Below are positions 10,544 through 20,480 of a DNA stretch of 64,000 nt, piece by piece (the stretch's first letter is position 1; every line of letters begins with the position of its first letter). The stretch spans positions 960,001 through 1,024,000 of the forward strand of contig OY764159.1 of NCBI GenBank assembly GCA_963668175.1. Direction: 5' to 3'. Made by a program: the position numbers and the translations under genes. Source of the stretch: Syntrophales bacterium. Its GTDB lineage: Bacteria; Desulfobacterota; Syntrophia; Syntrophales; PHBD01. Under the pieces are notes generated by a model. That model saw only the letters and a program-made list of their open reading frames with translations, did no database searches and was not told the DNA's origin.

Positions 10544-11536
10544 ATGGTTATGGAAGAAGGATCAGCAATTCAGAAAGCAAGGGAAGTCCTTAAAATCGAA
10601 GCAGAAAGCATCATCCAGCTTATCGATAAGGTCGATCAGAATTTTCATAAGGCGGTCGATATCATCTGTGCCTCAAAGGGCCGGGTAATTGTTTCGGGGA
10701 TCGGAAAATCCGGTCTCATCGGTAAAAAAATCGTGGCTACCCTGACCAGCACGGGGACCCAGGCCGTCTTCCTCCATCCCGTGGAAGGCATGCACGGGGA
10801 TCTCGGCCTCGTCACCCGGGAGGATGTCCTCATCGCCATTTCCAACAGCGGCGAAACCCCCGAATTGAATCTGCTCATCGAAAGCATCCGTACCATTGGA
10901 GCCTGTCTAATCGCCTTCACGGGGAATCCCCGATCGACTCTGGCCCAACTGAGTGATGTCGTGATCGATATCGGCGTCGAAAAGGAGGCCTGTCCTTTCG
11001 GCCTGGCCCCGACATCGAGCACGACGGCGGCCCTGGCCATGGGCGACGCCCTGGCCGTTGTCCTGATCGAGAAGAAGAGCTTCCGGGAGGAGGATTTCTA
11101 TAAGTTCCATCCGGGAGGAAACCTGGGATTGCGTCTGCGGGCGAAGGTCCGGGAGGTGACGGAGGGAGGAGAAAAAGTGCCGCGGGTTTTGCCCGGCGTT
11201 TCCTCCATTACGGCGATCACCGAAATGGACGGCAAAAACCTGGGTTTCGTGCTTGTCGCCGACCGGAGCGACCGGGTGCTCGGTATCCTGACCGACGGCG
11301 ATTTGCGTCGTCTGATCAGGAAGGGCCATAACTTCAACGAAAGCCGCATAGATGAGATCATGACGCCGTCGCCGAAGGTCATCGACGAGAATGCATCCGT
11401 GGCGGAAGCGATCGCGATCATGCAGAAATACGAAATCACGACACTGGTCGTTGTCAACGGCAACAAGGAACTTATAGGATACATCCATCTCCACGACCTG
11501 CTGGGAAGAGGAGGGAGTCTCAAAATATCCGTCTGA
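10544..11536 (+). CDS. kdsD: Arabinose-5-phosphate isomerase (KpsF/GutQ, SIS plus CBS)
   Basis: GIGKSGLIG, HGDLG, SNSGET, FHPGG, TDGDLRR. Confidence 0.92.
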   Translation: MVMEEGSAIQKAREVLKIEAESIIQLIDKVDQNFHKAVDIICASKGRVIVSGIGKSGLIGKKIVATLTSTGTQAVFLHPVEGMHGDLGLVTREDVLIAISNSGETPELNLLIESIRTIGACLIAFTGNPRSTLAQLSDVVIDIGVEKEACPFGLAPTSSTTAALAMGDALAVVLIEKKSFREEDFYKFHPGGNLGLRLRAKVREVTEGGEKVPRVLPGVSSITAITEMDGKNLGFVLVADRSDRVLGILTDGDLRRLIRKGHNFNESRIDEIMTPSPKVIDENASVAEAIAIMQKYEITTLVVVNGNKELIGYIHLHDLLGRGGSLKISV

Positions 11537-11575
11537 TATATCCATGATACACGTTACAGCCCAAGAAAGGAGCCC

Positions 11576-12541
11576 TTGACCCTTTTGATAACTTTCCAAT
11601 CACGGCGTTTTCCTGTAGACTGCAGCATCGCGGCTGCATATCGTCGGTGCCGCCTGGCGCTGGTCCTCATCATGCTTTTCATCTGCCCCGCCGCAGTCAC
11701 GGCCGCCGAATGGTCTCCCCTGGTCGGCCGGCTTACGGCGGACGGATTTGACAACCAAAGAATAAGCCGCCTCTTTGAGCGTCCGGAGGTGACTTTCGAG
11801 CCGGATTCCATGTCGAAGAAAATCGAGGCCCTCATCAAGAAGAAAGACCGGCGGTCTGCTGCATCCTGTCCGCGCTGCCGGGAGATCTATCAATCGTTTC
11901 TAAGGCCGGGCATCATCAACGAGGCCCGTGCTTATGCGAGAGAGAACAAGGACAGTCTCGACCGGATCGCTTCGAAATACTGCGTCCCCGGCGAGGTCGT
12001 GGTTGCCATTCTCGTCGTCGAAACGAGGCTCGGCAAGAACCTGGGCGACAAGAAGGCCTTCAACATCCTGGCCAGCATGGCCCTTGCCTCGAACCTGGAG
12101 ATGATCCGTCCTTACCTCGAACGCGATCTGATCACGGCGCGGACGGAGGATTTCGCCCGGAACCGATGCCGGCAAAAGTCCGATTGGGCCTATAACGAAC
12201 TCAAGGCGCTCATCCGGTATGCCGACACCAACGGCCTCGATCCCCTCGGCATCCCCGGCTCCATATACGGTGCCATCGGCCTGTGCCAGTTCATGCCTTC
12301 CAACACGACGATCTACGGCATTGATGCCGACGGCGACGGCCGCATCGATCTCTTCACCCCTCCTGACGCCTTGTTCAGCATCGGCAATTACCTCCACAAG
12401 AATGGATGGACCTGCCGGATCGGTAAGAATAAACAGTACAAGGCCATATTTGCCTATAATCACAGCCGCCTCTATACGGAAACGGTCCTGGCGGTGGCGA
12501 GCCGAATCCGCAGCGGCAGATCTGTTGCCATGGCCCGTTGA
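11576..12541 (+). CDS. mltB: Lytic murein transglycosylase B family
   Basis: AILVVETRLG, GSIYGAIGLCQFMPS, EF-hand-like DADGDGRIDL, YNHS. Start uncertain. Confidence 0.85.
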   Translation: MTLLITFQSRRFPVDCSIAAAYRRCRLALVLIMLFICPAAVTAAEWSPLVGRLTADGFDNQRISRLFERPEVTFEPDSMSKKIEALIKKKDRRSAASCPRCREIYQSFLRPGIINEARAYARENKDSLDRIASKYCVPGEVVVAILVVETRLGKNLGDKKAFNILASMALASNLEMIRPYLERDLITARTEDFARNRCRQKSDWAYNELKALIRYADTNGLDPLGIPGSIYGAIGLCQFMPSNTTIYGIDADGDGRIDLFTPPDALFSIGNYLHKNGWTCRIGKNKQYKAIFAYNHSRLYTETVLAVASRIRSGRSVAMAR

Positions 12542-12668
12542 ACCGGGTGCAGCGGCAAAGGCAATGATTATCCCCGGTAGGACACCGAGTTCCCTGTGCC
12601 GTTGCAGCCGGGGGAACGCATAAACCGGACAATCTGCAGAGAAAGTATTGGAAGGCGGGAAGGGGAAC

Positions 12669-13661
12669 ATGTCGTCAGACAGACCGGCCGGCGCTCCGCG
12701 GCCGAATGACCTTTTAGAGATCGTCCAGGAGAAGTATCGCAACATCTTCGATAATATCCAGGATGTCTATTACGAGATTGCCTTGGACGGCCGGATCCTG
12801 GAAGTATCGCCTTCGTGCCGTCAGATCTCCCGTTACAACCGGAACGATCTGATCGGACGGTCCATGTCCGACATTTATGCAGAGGCGGGGAAAAGGAACG
12901 CATTCCTCAAACAGATCCGCAAAAAGGGGAGCGTGAACGACTATGAAATCCTTCTCCGGGACAAGGACGGCACGCTCGTACCCTGCGCCATTTCAGCAAG
13001 ACTGACCAAATTCAAGACGGGCGTCTCTCCCCGGATCGTCGGTATCATGCGCGATATCTCGGAACGCAAGAGGGCGGAGGAAGACCTTCGTCACAGTCGC
13101 GACGAGCTGGAGCGCAGGGTGAAGGAAAGGACGGAGGACCTGGAAAAGACGAACGCCGCCCTCCGTGGGGAAATTGCCGAAAGGCGGCAGGTGGAAAAGG
13201 TCCTGAAGCGGAGAGAAAGAGAGCTTAAGGGAAAGTCCCTGCGCCTGGAGGAAACGAACGCCGCCCTCAAAGTGCTGCTCAAGCATCGGGAAGCGGATCG
13301 CGTGGAGCATGAGGAGTTGATCCTGACGAACGTCGGCGAACTGGTTCTCCCTTATCTGCAGAAGCTGAAGCGGATGCGGCTTACGGAAAAACAGGCGGCC
13401 TACATCCACGTCATCGAAACCAATCTGAACCAGATCGTTTCGCCCTTTCTCAAGAGGCTCACCTCGAAACATCTGAATCTTACTCCGCGGGAACTGCAGA
13501 TTGCCGATTTCATCAAAGGGGGGAAAACGACCAAGGATATCTCTGAACTGCTGGGCGTTTCCGTCAAGACCGTCGACTACCATCGCGACCATATTCGGGA
13601 CAAGCTCGGTTTGAAGCGACAGAAAGCCAACCTCCGTTCCTATCTCCTGTCCATGATGTAA
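12669..13661 (+). CDS. PAS-domain LuxR-family transcriptional regulator
   Basis: PAS/PAC ending RDISERK, coiled coil, LTPRELQIA...SVKTVDYHR HTH. Confidence 0.9.
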   Translation: MSSDRPAGAPRPNDLLEIVQEKYRNIFDNIQDVYYEIALDGRILEVSPSCRQISRYNRNDLIGRSMSDIYAEAGKRNAFLKQIRKKGSVNDYEILLRDKDGTLVPCAISARLTKFKTGVSPRIVGIMRDISERKRAEEDLRHSRDELERRVKERTEDLEKTNAALRGEIAERRQVEKVLKRRERELKGKSLRLEETNAALKVLLKHREADRVEHEELILTNVGELVLPYLQKLKRMRLTEKQAAYIHVIETNLNQIVSPFLKRLTSKHLNLTPRELQIADFIKGGKTTKDISELLGVSVKTVDYHRDHIRDKLGLKRQKANLRSYLLSMM

Positions 13662-13731
13662 TACGGGGTTTTCCCCAGTAATATATCCGTATTGTACCAT
13701 AATTGAAATCCCGGCGCGGATCGTCTAACCT
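13662..13731 (+). promoter_or_regulatory. Palindromic site plus sigma70-like promoter of the CoA-ligase/dehydratase operon
   Basis: TACGGGGTTTTCCCCAGTA at 13662-13680, then TTGAAA (13703)-17 bp-TAACCT (13726). Confidence 0.5.
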
Positions 13732-13783
13732 ACGATCATCCCATAGCATCGTGAAAACGATGTCGATCATGTGAGGTGAGGCC

Positions 13784-15526
13784 ATGTACGAGAATAAACC
13801 CTGGCTGCGGTTTTACGGCCATGTTCCCGAAAACCTCGATTATCCCGGAGTGACGATGTACGAAGCCGTGATGAACACGGTGCGAAAATATCCTTCGGTC
13901 ATCGCCTACGACTTTCTGGGATACACCTCGACCTACGAACAGTTCGGCCGTGAAATCGATCGTTGCGCCGACGCCCTTGCACATCTTGGTTTGAAAAAAG
14001 GGGACCGGATCACGATTTCCATGCCGACATCCCCCCAGGGCATTATCTGCTTTTACGCCGCCAACAAGCTCGGGGCGGTGGCCAGCATGATCCATCCCCT
14101 CTCTCCCCCGAACGAGATTGCGTTCTATCTGAACGTCAGCAGGAGCCGCTTCGCCCTGACGCTCGATGCCTTTTACGGCAAGTTCGCGGAGGTCAAATCC
14201 AAAACGGGATTGCAGACCCTGATTCTCGCCCGTATACCCGATTATCTCGGATTGTTGAAGAGAATCGGCTTCAATCTGACCAAGGGACGGAAGATTCCTC
14301 CCGTCCCTCAGGACCCCATGGTCGTATGGTGGCGGGACCTTATGAAAGAGGGCTATCCTGCGGCGCCGAAGGCCGGGACCGGCACGGATGAGCTGGCCGT
14401 CATCCTCTACAGCGGCGGGACGACGGGAACGCCCAAGGGCATCATGCTTTCCAACAGAAACTTCATCAGCGAAGGCATGCAGGTCGCCGCTTGGGGAGGG
14501 ATGACCGACAAGGACGCCATTCTCGCGATCCTGCCGATATTTCATGGTTTCGGCCTCGGCGTCTGCGTGAATGCAGCATTCATGGGAGCGGCCAAGAGCA
14601 TCCTTGTTCCCCAGTTCAATCCGGAGATCGTCGCCGATCTCATCAAAAAGAAACGGCCGACGTTCATCGTGGGCGTTCCGACGCTTTTCGAGGCCCTCTG
14701 CCGCAATCCCGTCTTTCAGAACACGGACTTGAGCTGCCTGAAGGCCACGTTCTGCGGGGCGGACACTCTGCCCCGGACCGTCAAGGAGCGATTCGAGGGG
14801 ATCGTGAAGAGGCAGGGCGGCAATGTCCAACTCCTGGAGGGCTACGGTTTGACGGAGGCCGTAACGGCCATCATGGCGACGCCCATTGCGGAGTACAGGG
14901 AAGGAAGCGTCGGCATCCCCTTCCCCGATATGATGGTCAAGATCGTCCGCGTGGATACGACGGAAGAAGCGCCGCTCGGCGAAGAAGGCGAATTGTGCGT
15001 TCACGGTCCCGCCGTCATGATGGGCTATCTGGATCAGCCGGAGGAAACGGCTGCGACACTGAAACGGCACAGCGACGGGAAGATATGGCTCCATACGGGC
15101 GATATCGCCAGCATGGATAAGGACGGGTTCTTCTATTTCAAACTGCGCCTCAAGAGGATGATCAAGTCGTCCGGGATGAACGTTTATCCGGCCCAGGTGG
15201 AGGACGTTCTCTGCATGCATCCGGAGATTGCGCAGGCATGCGTGATCGGTGTGCCCGACGAGGCCCAGGTGGAACGCGTCAAGGGATTCGTCGTCCTGAA
15301 GGAAGGGGACAAGGGATGCGCGGAGATGGAAAAGGATATCATCGAGCACTGCAAGAAGCATTTGATCCTCTGGAGCTGCCCGCGGGAAATCGAGTTCCGG
15401 GAAGAGCTGCCGCTGACTCTCGTCGGAAAAGTGGCTTTCAACGTCCTTGAGGAGGAAGAGCTGGAGAAGCTGAAAGCGTGCGGCAAATATACAGGAACCA
15501 GGAAAAATAGGCCAAAGGAGGTCTGA
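13784..15526 (+). CDS. AMP-forming acyl-CoA ligase (FadD-like)
   Basis: YSGGTTGTPKG, EGYGLTE, LHTGD, LPLTLVGK. Confidence 0.92.
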   Translation: MYENKPWLRFYGHVPENLDYPGVTMYEAVMNTVRKYPSVIAYDFLGYTSTYEQFGREIDRCADALAHLGLKKGDRITISMPTSPQGIICFYAANKLGAVASMIHPLSPPNEIAFYLNVSRSRFALTLDAFYGKFAEVKSKTGLQTLILARIPDYLGLLKRIGFNLTKGRKIPPVPQDPMVVWWRDLMKEGYPAAPKAGTGTDELAVILYSGGTTGTPKGIMLSNRNFISEGMQVAAWGGMTDKDAILAILPIFHGFGLGVCVNAAFMGAAKSILVPQFNPEIVADLIKKKRPTFIVGVPTLFEALCRNPVFQNTDLSCLKATFCGADTLPRTVKERFEGIVKRQGGNVQLLEGYGLTEAVTAIMATPIAEYREGSVGIPFPDMMVKIVRVDTTEEAPLGEEGELCVHGPAVMMGYLDQPEETAATLKRHSDGKIWLHTGDIASMDKDGFFYFKLRLKRMIKSSGMNVYPAQVEDVLCMHPEIAQACVIGVPDEAQVERVKGFVVLKEGDKGCAEMEKDIIEHCKKHLILWSCPREIEFREELPLTLVGKVAFNVLEEEELEKLKACGKYTGTRKNRPKEV

Positions 15527-16647
15527 TGAACCCATTCGGTCCGATCAACGACGTGATCAACGACCCGTTGAACTACGCCAGACGTTACAAAGAAAAGAGC
15601 GGAAACCCGATCGTCGGGTTCCTCTGTTCCTATACGCCGGAAGAGATTATCTTCGCCGCCGGTGCCCACCCTTTCCGTCTCTTTGCCTCCCAGGAGGCAA
15701 TACGTTTTGCCGACAGCCATTTACAGACCTATAGCTGTTCGCTCGTGAGAGGGGTTCTCGACGACGCCCTGGCCGGCCGGATCGATTTTCTCGACGGCGT
15801 CGTTTTTCCCCACACCTGCGATTCGATACAGCGCCTGTCCGATATCTGGCGTTTGAATATCCCCTTCGGCTTTCACCGGGATGTCGTTTTGCCGGTCAAA
15901 CTGAATACGGCGAGCGCCAGGCAGTATATGATCGACGTAATCAACAGGTTCAAATCGGATCTGGAAATCAGCCTCGGAAAGGAAATCACGGCCGATGCCC
16001 TGAAGGAGTCGATCGCCCTGTTTAACCAGATCAGGGCCGATCTCAGGAAGGTTTACACGATGAGGTCCGTACAGCCGGATATCCTCTCCGGCCGGGAACT
16101 CTCGGGCCTTATCAAGGCGTCGATGCTTATGGACAGGCGGCGCCTGGCGGAATCTTTATCGGATATCGTCCGCCTGCCATCGATGAAAAAAACGGATGGC
16201 AGCCTGCAGGGGCGGAAGCGCCTGATTCTCGCCGGCGGCTTGTGCAGCGATCCGGATGTCCACTCCGTTGTCGAGGACGCGGGCGGTGTGGCCGTCTGGG
16301 ACGATTTCTGCACGGGCTCCCGCTATATAGAAGGCGACGTCCCGGAAGACATGGAACCGACGGAAGCGATTGCCGAGAAGCTCATTAAGCGGGTTGTCTG
16401 CCCGGCAAAGCATGCCGACCTCCACGGCCGTGCGGACCATCTCATCAACGCGGCCAGGGAACGGAAGGCCGACGGCGTCGTATTCTTCCTCCTGAAATTC
16501 TGCGATCCCCATGCCTTCGATTATCCCTATCTCAAAAACCGCCTGGATGCCGAAGGCATCCCCAGCGCCCTTGTTGAAGTGGATGAACGCCCCGTTACGG
16601 AAGGCAGGATCAAGACCAGGCTCGAGGCCTTTTTGGAAATGATATAG
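15526..16647 (+). CDS. 2-hydroxyacyl-CoA dehydratase / benzoyl-CoA reductase family subunit (HgdB/BzdN-like)
   Basis: CSYTPEE, HTCD, DDFCTGSR, KFCDPH, TRLEAFLEM. Confidence 0.85.
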   Translation: MNPFGPINDVINDPLNYARRYKEKSGNPIVGFLCSYTPEEIIFAAGAHPFRLFASQEAIRFADSHLQTYSCSLVRGVLDDALAGRIDFLDGVVFPHTCDSIQRLSDIWRLNIPFGFHRDVVLPVKLNTASARQYMIDVINRFKSDLEISLGKEITADALKESIALFNQIRADLRKVYTMRSVQPDILSGRELSGLIKASMLMDRRRLAESLSDIVRLPSMKKTDGSLQGRKRLILAGGLCSDPDVHSVVEDAGGVAVWDDFCTGSRYIEGDVPEDMEPTEAIAEKLIKRVVCPAKHADLHGRADHLINAARERKADGVVFFLLKFCDPHAFDYPYLKNRLDAEGIPSALVEVDERPVTEGRIKTRLEAFLEMI

Positions 16648-16686
16648 ACGGCGCCGCATGGCGGTCTTTGCAAACAGGAGACGACA

Positions 16687-17925
16687 ATGTCCGAAAAAGA
16701 GCAGGAAAAGGATAAGAGGAAGATCAAGTCCGTCAAGAAAATGAAGGACATCATGACGACTTACTACATCGAGGCGAAGACCGCGGACCAGACGGGGAAG
16801 AAAGTCGCCTGGATCACGAGCGGCGGACCGGTGGAACCCCTGATCGCCATGGATATCATCCCTGTTTATCCCGAGAACCACGGCGCCATGATCGGTGCGG
16901 CCAAGATGGGCGTCGATCTCTGCGAGAAGGCGGAAGGCCTGGGATATGCGAGCGACCTTTGCTCGTACGCTCGCTGCGATATCTCCTGCGCGACAGTGAA
17001 CGGCGGCCCCATCGGCGGCCTTCCCCGGCCGGACATGCTGATATGCTGCAACAACATCTGCGGAACGGTGCTGAAATGGTACGAAGTGCAGGCCCGTTAT
17101 TTCGATGTTCCGCTTTTTATCCTGGATACGCCCTTCTGCCACACCGGTTTTTCGCCGGAGGTTCGGAAGTACGTGCGCAGTCAGATCGACGAATATATCC
17201 TGTTTCTGGAAAAAGTCTGCAAACAGCGCTTCGATCACGACCGCATGAAGGAGGTCGGCAGGCTTTCCGTGAAGGGGCAGACTCTCTGGCAGGCCGTCCT
17301 GGACACGGCAACGGCCAAGCCCGCGCCGCTCAGCGCATTCGACGCCTTCTTCCACCTGGCTCTGATCGTGACCCTGAGGGGCACCCCGCAGGCCGTCGAT
17401 TATTATCAAGGCCTCCTGGAAGAGATGAACGAGCGGATCGCCGCCGGCATCGGCGTCGTCGAGAAAGAGGATCACCGGCTGCTCTGGGACAATCTGCCGA
17501 TATGGTACAGGACCAAATGGCTCTCCGAGAAGTTCGCGTCGTTCAATGCGTGTCTCGTGGCGGACACATACACCTCCGCCTGGTGCGGGTCCCTGAAGTA
17601 CATGGATGATGAGCGTTTCCTCGATTCAATGGCAGAGGGTTACACGAGGATTTACCTGAACATCGGTGTCGACGAGATGGCGAGAATCGTCATGGGCATG
17701 ATCGACAAGTACGGCGTGGACGGGATCGTCATGCACTCCAACAGAAGCTGCAAACCGTACTCCCTGGGACAATACGACATCCAGAAAATTGTGGAAAAGG
17801 AGAGAGGTATCCCTTCCCTCATGATCGAGGCGGACATGAACGACGAACGCTGTTTCTCCGAAAGCCAGGTCGATACGCGCATCGATTCGTTCATGGAAGT
17901 TATCCGCTCCCGGATGCGAGGATGA
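16687..17925 (+). CDS. 2-hydroxyacyl-CoA dehydratase / benzoyl-CoA reductase family subunit (HgdA/BzdO-like)
   Basis: YPEN, DLCSYAR, CNNIC, RSCKP, TRIDSFME. Confidence 0.85.
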   Translation: MSEKEQEKDKRKIKSVKKMKDIMTTYYIEAKTADQTGKKVAWITSGGPVEPLIAMDIIPVYPENHGAMIGAAKMGVDLCEKAEGLGYASDLCSYARCDISCATVNGGPIGGLPRPDMLICCNNICGTVLKWYEVQARYFDVPLFILDTPFCHTGFSPEVRKYVRSQIDEYILFLEKVCKQRFDHDRMKEVGRLSVKGQTLWQAVLDTATAKPAPLSAFDAFFHLALIVTLRGTPQAVDYYQGLLEEMNERIAAGIGVVEKEDHRLLWDNLPIWYRTKWLSEKFASFNACLVADTYTSAWCGSLKYMDDERFLDSMAEGYTRIYLNIGVDEMARIVMGMIDKYGVDGIVMHSNRSCKPYSLGQYDIQKIVEKERGIPSLMIEADMNDERCFSESQVDTRIDSFMEVIRSRMRG

Positions 17926-17995
17926 TCGCTTTTTACAACCCCGGAGGACAAGAGAAGCGGGCATGGATGGATGCGTCCGCAGAAAAGGAATAGCT

Positions 17996-18796
17996 GTGTA
18001 TACGCTGGGTATCGATATCGGTTCGATAAGTACGAAGGCGGTTGTCCTGAACGAAACAGGATTGGTTCACACCAAGGTCGTGTTAACCGGTTATAATGCA
18101 GAAATGGCCGCCAGCAGGATATATACGGAAGTCCTTGCCGAAGCCGGATTGGCCCCGTCGTCGATCGGCCTGGTCGTGGCCACGGGGTACGGAAGAAAGA
18201 GCTGTTCCCAGGCCGGCAAGACCTATACCGAAATCATGTGTCACGCCGCAGGAGCCAGGTATCTCTGCCCGGATGTGAGGGGGATAATCGACATCGGCGG
18301 CCAGGACAGCAAGGCCATCCTCCTCGATGAAAGGGGGAAGGTCGCCAATTTTGTCATGAACGATAAATGTGCCGCCGGCACGGGTCGCTTTCTGGAAGTG
18401 ATGGCCAGGGCCCTGGAGGTCGATCTCGATGCCTTCGGCGCCTTATCCCTGCAATCCATGAATCCGTCCAAAATCAGCAGCCTCTGCACGGTATTCGCAG
18501 AATCCGAGGTCATCTCCCTCATCGCCAAGGGAGAAAACCGCGAAAATATTATAGCCGGCATTCATGAAGCGATCAGTTCCCGGGTATTGGCTATGGCCAG
18601 GCGCATAGGGCTGACCGGTCTGATCATGATGACGGGGGGGGTTGCCAAGAACATCGGTGTCGTCAGAGCCCTGGAAGCGGCCCTCGGGCAGGCTGTCGTC
18701 GTATCGGAGCATGCCCAGGTCAACGGGGCCATTGGTGCAGCCTGTCTGGCCATGACCCTGCTAAGGGGAGAAATGGGGAAAGATGACATTGCATAA
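17996..18796 (+). CDS. ATP-dependent activase (HgdC/BadF/BzdQ-type ASKHA ATPase, 4Fe-4S)
   Basis: GIDIGS, ATGYGR, DIGGQD, NDKCAAGTG, CTVFAESE. GTG 17996 follows AAGGA. Confidence 0.92.
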   Translation: MYTLGIDIGSISTKAVVLNETGLVHTKVVLTGYNAEMAASRIYTEVLAEAGLAPSSIGLVVATGYGRKSCSQAGKTYTEIMCHAAGARYLCPDVRGIIDIGGQDSKAILLDERGKVANFVMNDKCAAGTGRFLEVMARALEVDLDAFGALSLQSMNPSKISSLCTVFAESEVISLIAKGENRENIIAGIHEAISSRVLAMARRIGLTGLIMMTGGVAKNIGVVRALEAALGQAVVVSEHAQVNGAIGAACLAMTLLRGEMGKDDIA

Positions 18797-19523
18797 CCGC
18801 TGGGACGGAGATCACGTTTAACATTGAACCACATTCAGGCGTGAACGCAGGTCCCTGCGTCGTCATCAGAACGATAACAATATAAGAATCTGATATTAAA
18901 CGACATTCACATGATTGGTTTTTTTCGGCAGTTACTGATTAAGTAGGCTAAGTATGCTTTTTCATTCCATCGCAGATCGGCAGAAACGCAATTTATAGTC
19001 CGTCAAGCCTTGTGAAATGCCGAAATGGCGCATGTCCATTCCATTTCTGTAACAACCGCGACCGAAGTATCTCATTACCGGGTACAACCCTTTCGCTGCA
19101 ATAATTCGTAAACGCTTTTAGGTCCGATATTCAAAAATCTGAATTCATTCGCACAGCCGGGGAGATGGTCGCGGTACAAGACCATGTGCGACAAAGGAAA
19201 CGCTATTTTCTGGTAATCCGTGAAAGAAGATAGAGGGCGACTAAGAGACCCGCACCGACGAAAACGGCAAACAGGACACCGTATTGGGCGAGCTCGGACT
19301 GGCCGCCATACCAGGTCATGATTTGATCCCAATAACCATCGAAAAGATCTTTTATTTTTTCGAGCATGGTCTTCCTCATTCTCAGGTCAGTGAGTTATTT
19401 TTAAGATGATAACGAAAAAATATCAAGGATATTCTGAGAGGATTGGATAACAATGTGTAACGAGCGGCGATTTGGCTGCAGGCGGAAAAGATTTTCCGGA
19501 AAAATGGAGGGGAAACACGTACG

Positions 19524-19574
19524 TCAAAGTGGTCCGCAATTCCCGTTCTCTCCGTGAACTGCGGACCACTTTGA
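19524..19574 (-). terminator. Long hairpin downstream of the RHH-PilZ gene (terminator or RNA element)
   Basis: TCAAAGTGGTCCGCA...TGCGGACCACTTTGA, a 15-bp perfect stem extendable with a G-U pair on the minus strand. No clear U-tract. Confidence 0.5.
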
Positions 19575-19650
19575 TAGTTGATGCTACGTTGGTTTCGCTT
19601 TAAGGCATATACGTGAACCGCCTGTAGCGCGGCACGAACAGCTCCACGAA

Positions 19651-20145
19651 TTAGATGAGATACTGCTGTAGCGACCTGTAGCTCTTAAAATCGGAATCAA
19701 CAAAAGAAGCGCCTACATGACGGTCTTCATCGGCATCCTGGACGCAGCAAGGCTTGCATTTCATGCTGATTGGCCGCTTCTGTCCCGGTAAAGTGAAGAT
19801 GACATGAAACTCTTCTTCTTCCGTGTCATGCTGGAACTCAAGGACGGTTCCCTTGGGAACGGCGACCCGGATTCCCCCCAGAGAGATATCCATGATGGTC
19901 CCCGTCTGATATCCCCTGGCATCGGTACTTGATTCACCGACAAAGGCCGGCAGGGCAACCTTCTTTCTTGTGAACTTGCGGCGTTCCTGTTCGATGCTCT
20001 GCAGGGCTTTTCTTTCCCTGAGATTGTTGAACAAGATGGTCTCGATGACAGACGACAGGCTTTGTCTTTCCTCTTCGGCTATCTTTTCCAGAGAATTTCT
20101 GATGTCTGAATTTGTACGAAAACAGATAGTTATGTCCTTTTTCAT
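19651..20145 (-). CDS. Ribbon-helix-helix plus PilZ domain protein
   Basis: N-terminus ITICFRT...LEKIAEEERQSLSSVIETIL is RHH-like. PilZ motifs RRKFTR and DISLGG. Confidence 0.85.
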   Translation of the reverse strand: MKKDITICFRTNSDIRNSLEKIAEEERQSLSSVIETILFNNLRERKALQSIEQERRKFTRKKVALPAFVGESSTDARGYQTGTIMDISLGGIRVAVPKGTVLEFQHDTEEEEFHVIFTLPGQKRPISMKCKPCCVQDADEDRHVGASFVDSDFKSYRSLQQYLI

Positions 20146-20244
20146 AATGTCGTTTTTCCTCCCCCCCAGATCGATTACACTTCTTGATATTTCCTTACCA
20201 TAAATCCACAAATGTAACAACGGCAAGGCACATGCCTTACTTTG

Positions 20245-20260
20245 TGTGATTTGTATCACA
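20245..20260. promoter_or_regulatory. CRP/FNR-family-type palindrome TGTGA-N6-TCACA
   Basis: TGTGATTTGTATCACA, about 100 bp upstream of the RHH-PilZ start. Confidence 0.6.
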
Positions 20261-20437
20261 ATTATAATGACACATCAAGCATTATTTGTATTTAAGTATA
20301 AGTTTATGTATTACAGGCGTATTCGCCGTGAAGAATGATGAGCGATTCGATGGTTGTGCATGAATAAACCCCTGTTTATTAAGGAGAATGCTTGGACAGG
20401 CCTCATCCGGGAATTTACGGGTAAGGTCATGCGCGGG

Positions 20438-20468
20438 AAAAAAAAGATCAACCCTGAGAGGGTTGATC
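20438..20468 (-). terminator. Rho-independent terminator of tRNA-Val(CAC)
   Basis: GATCAACCCT-GAG-AGGGTTGATC stem with an 8-nt U tract on the minus strand. Confidence 0.8.
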
Positions 20469-20480
20469 CGGAATTTTCAA

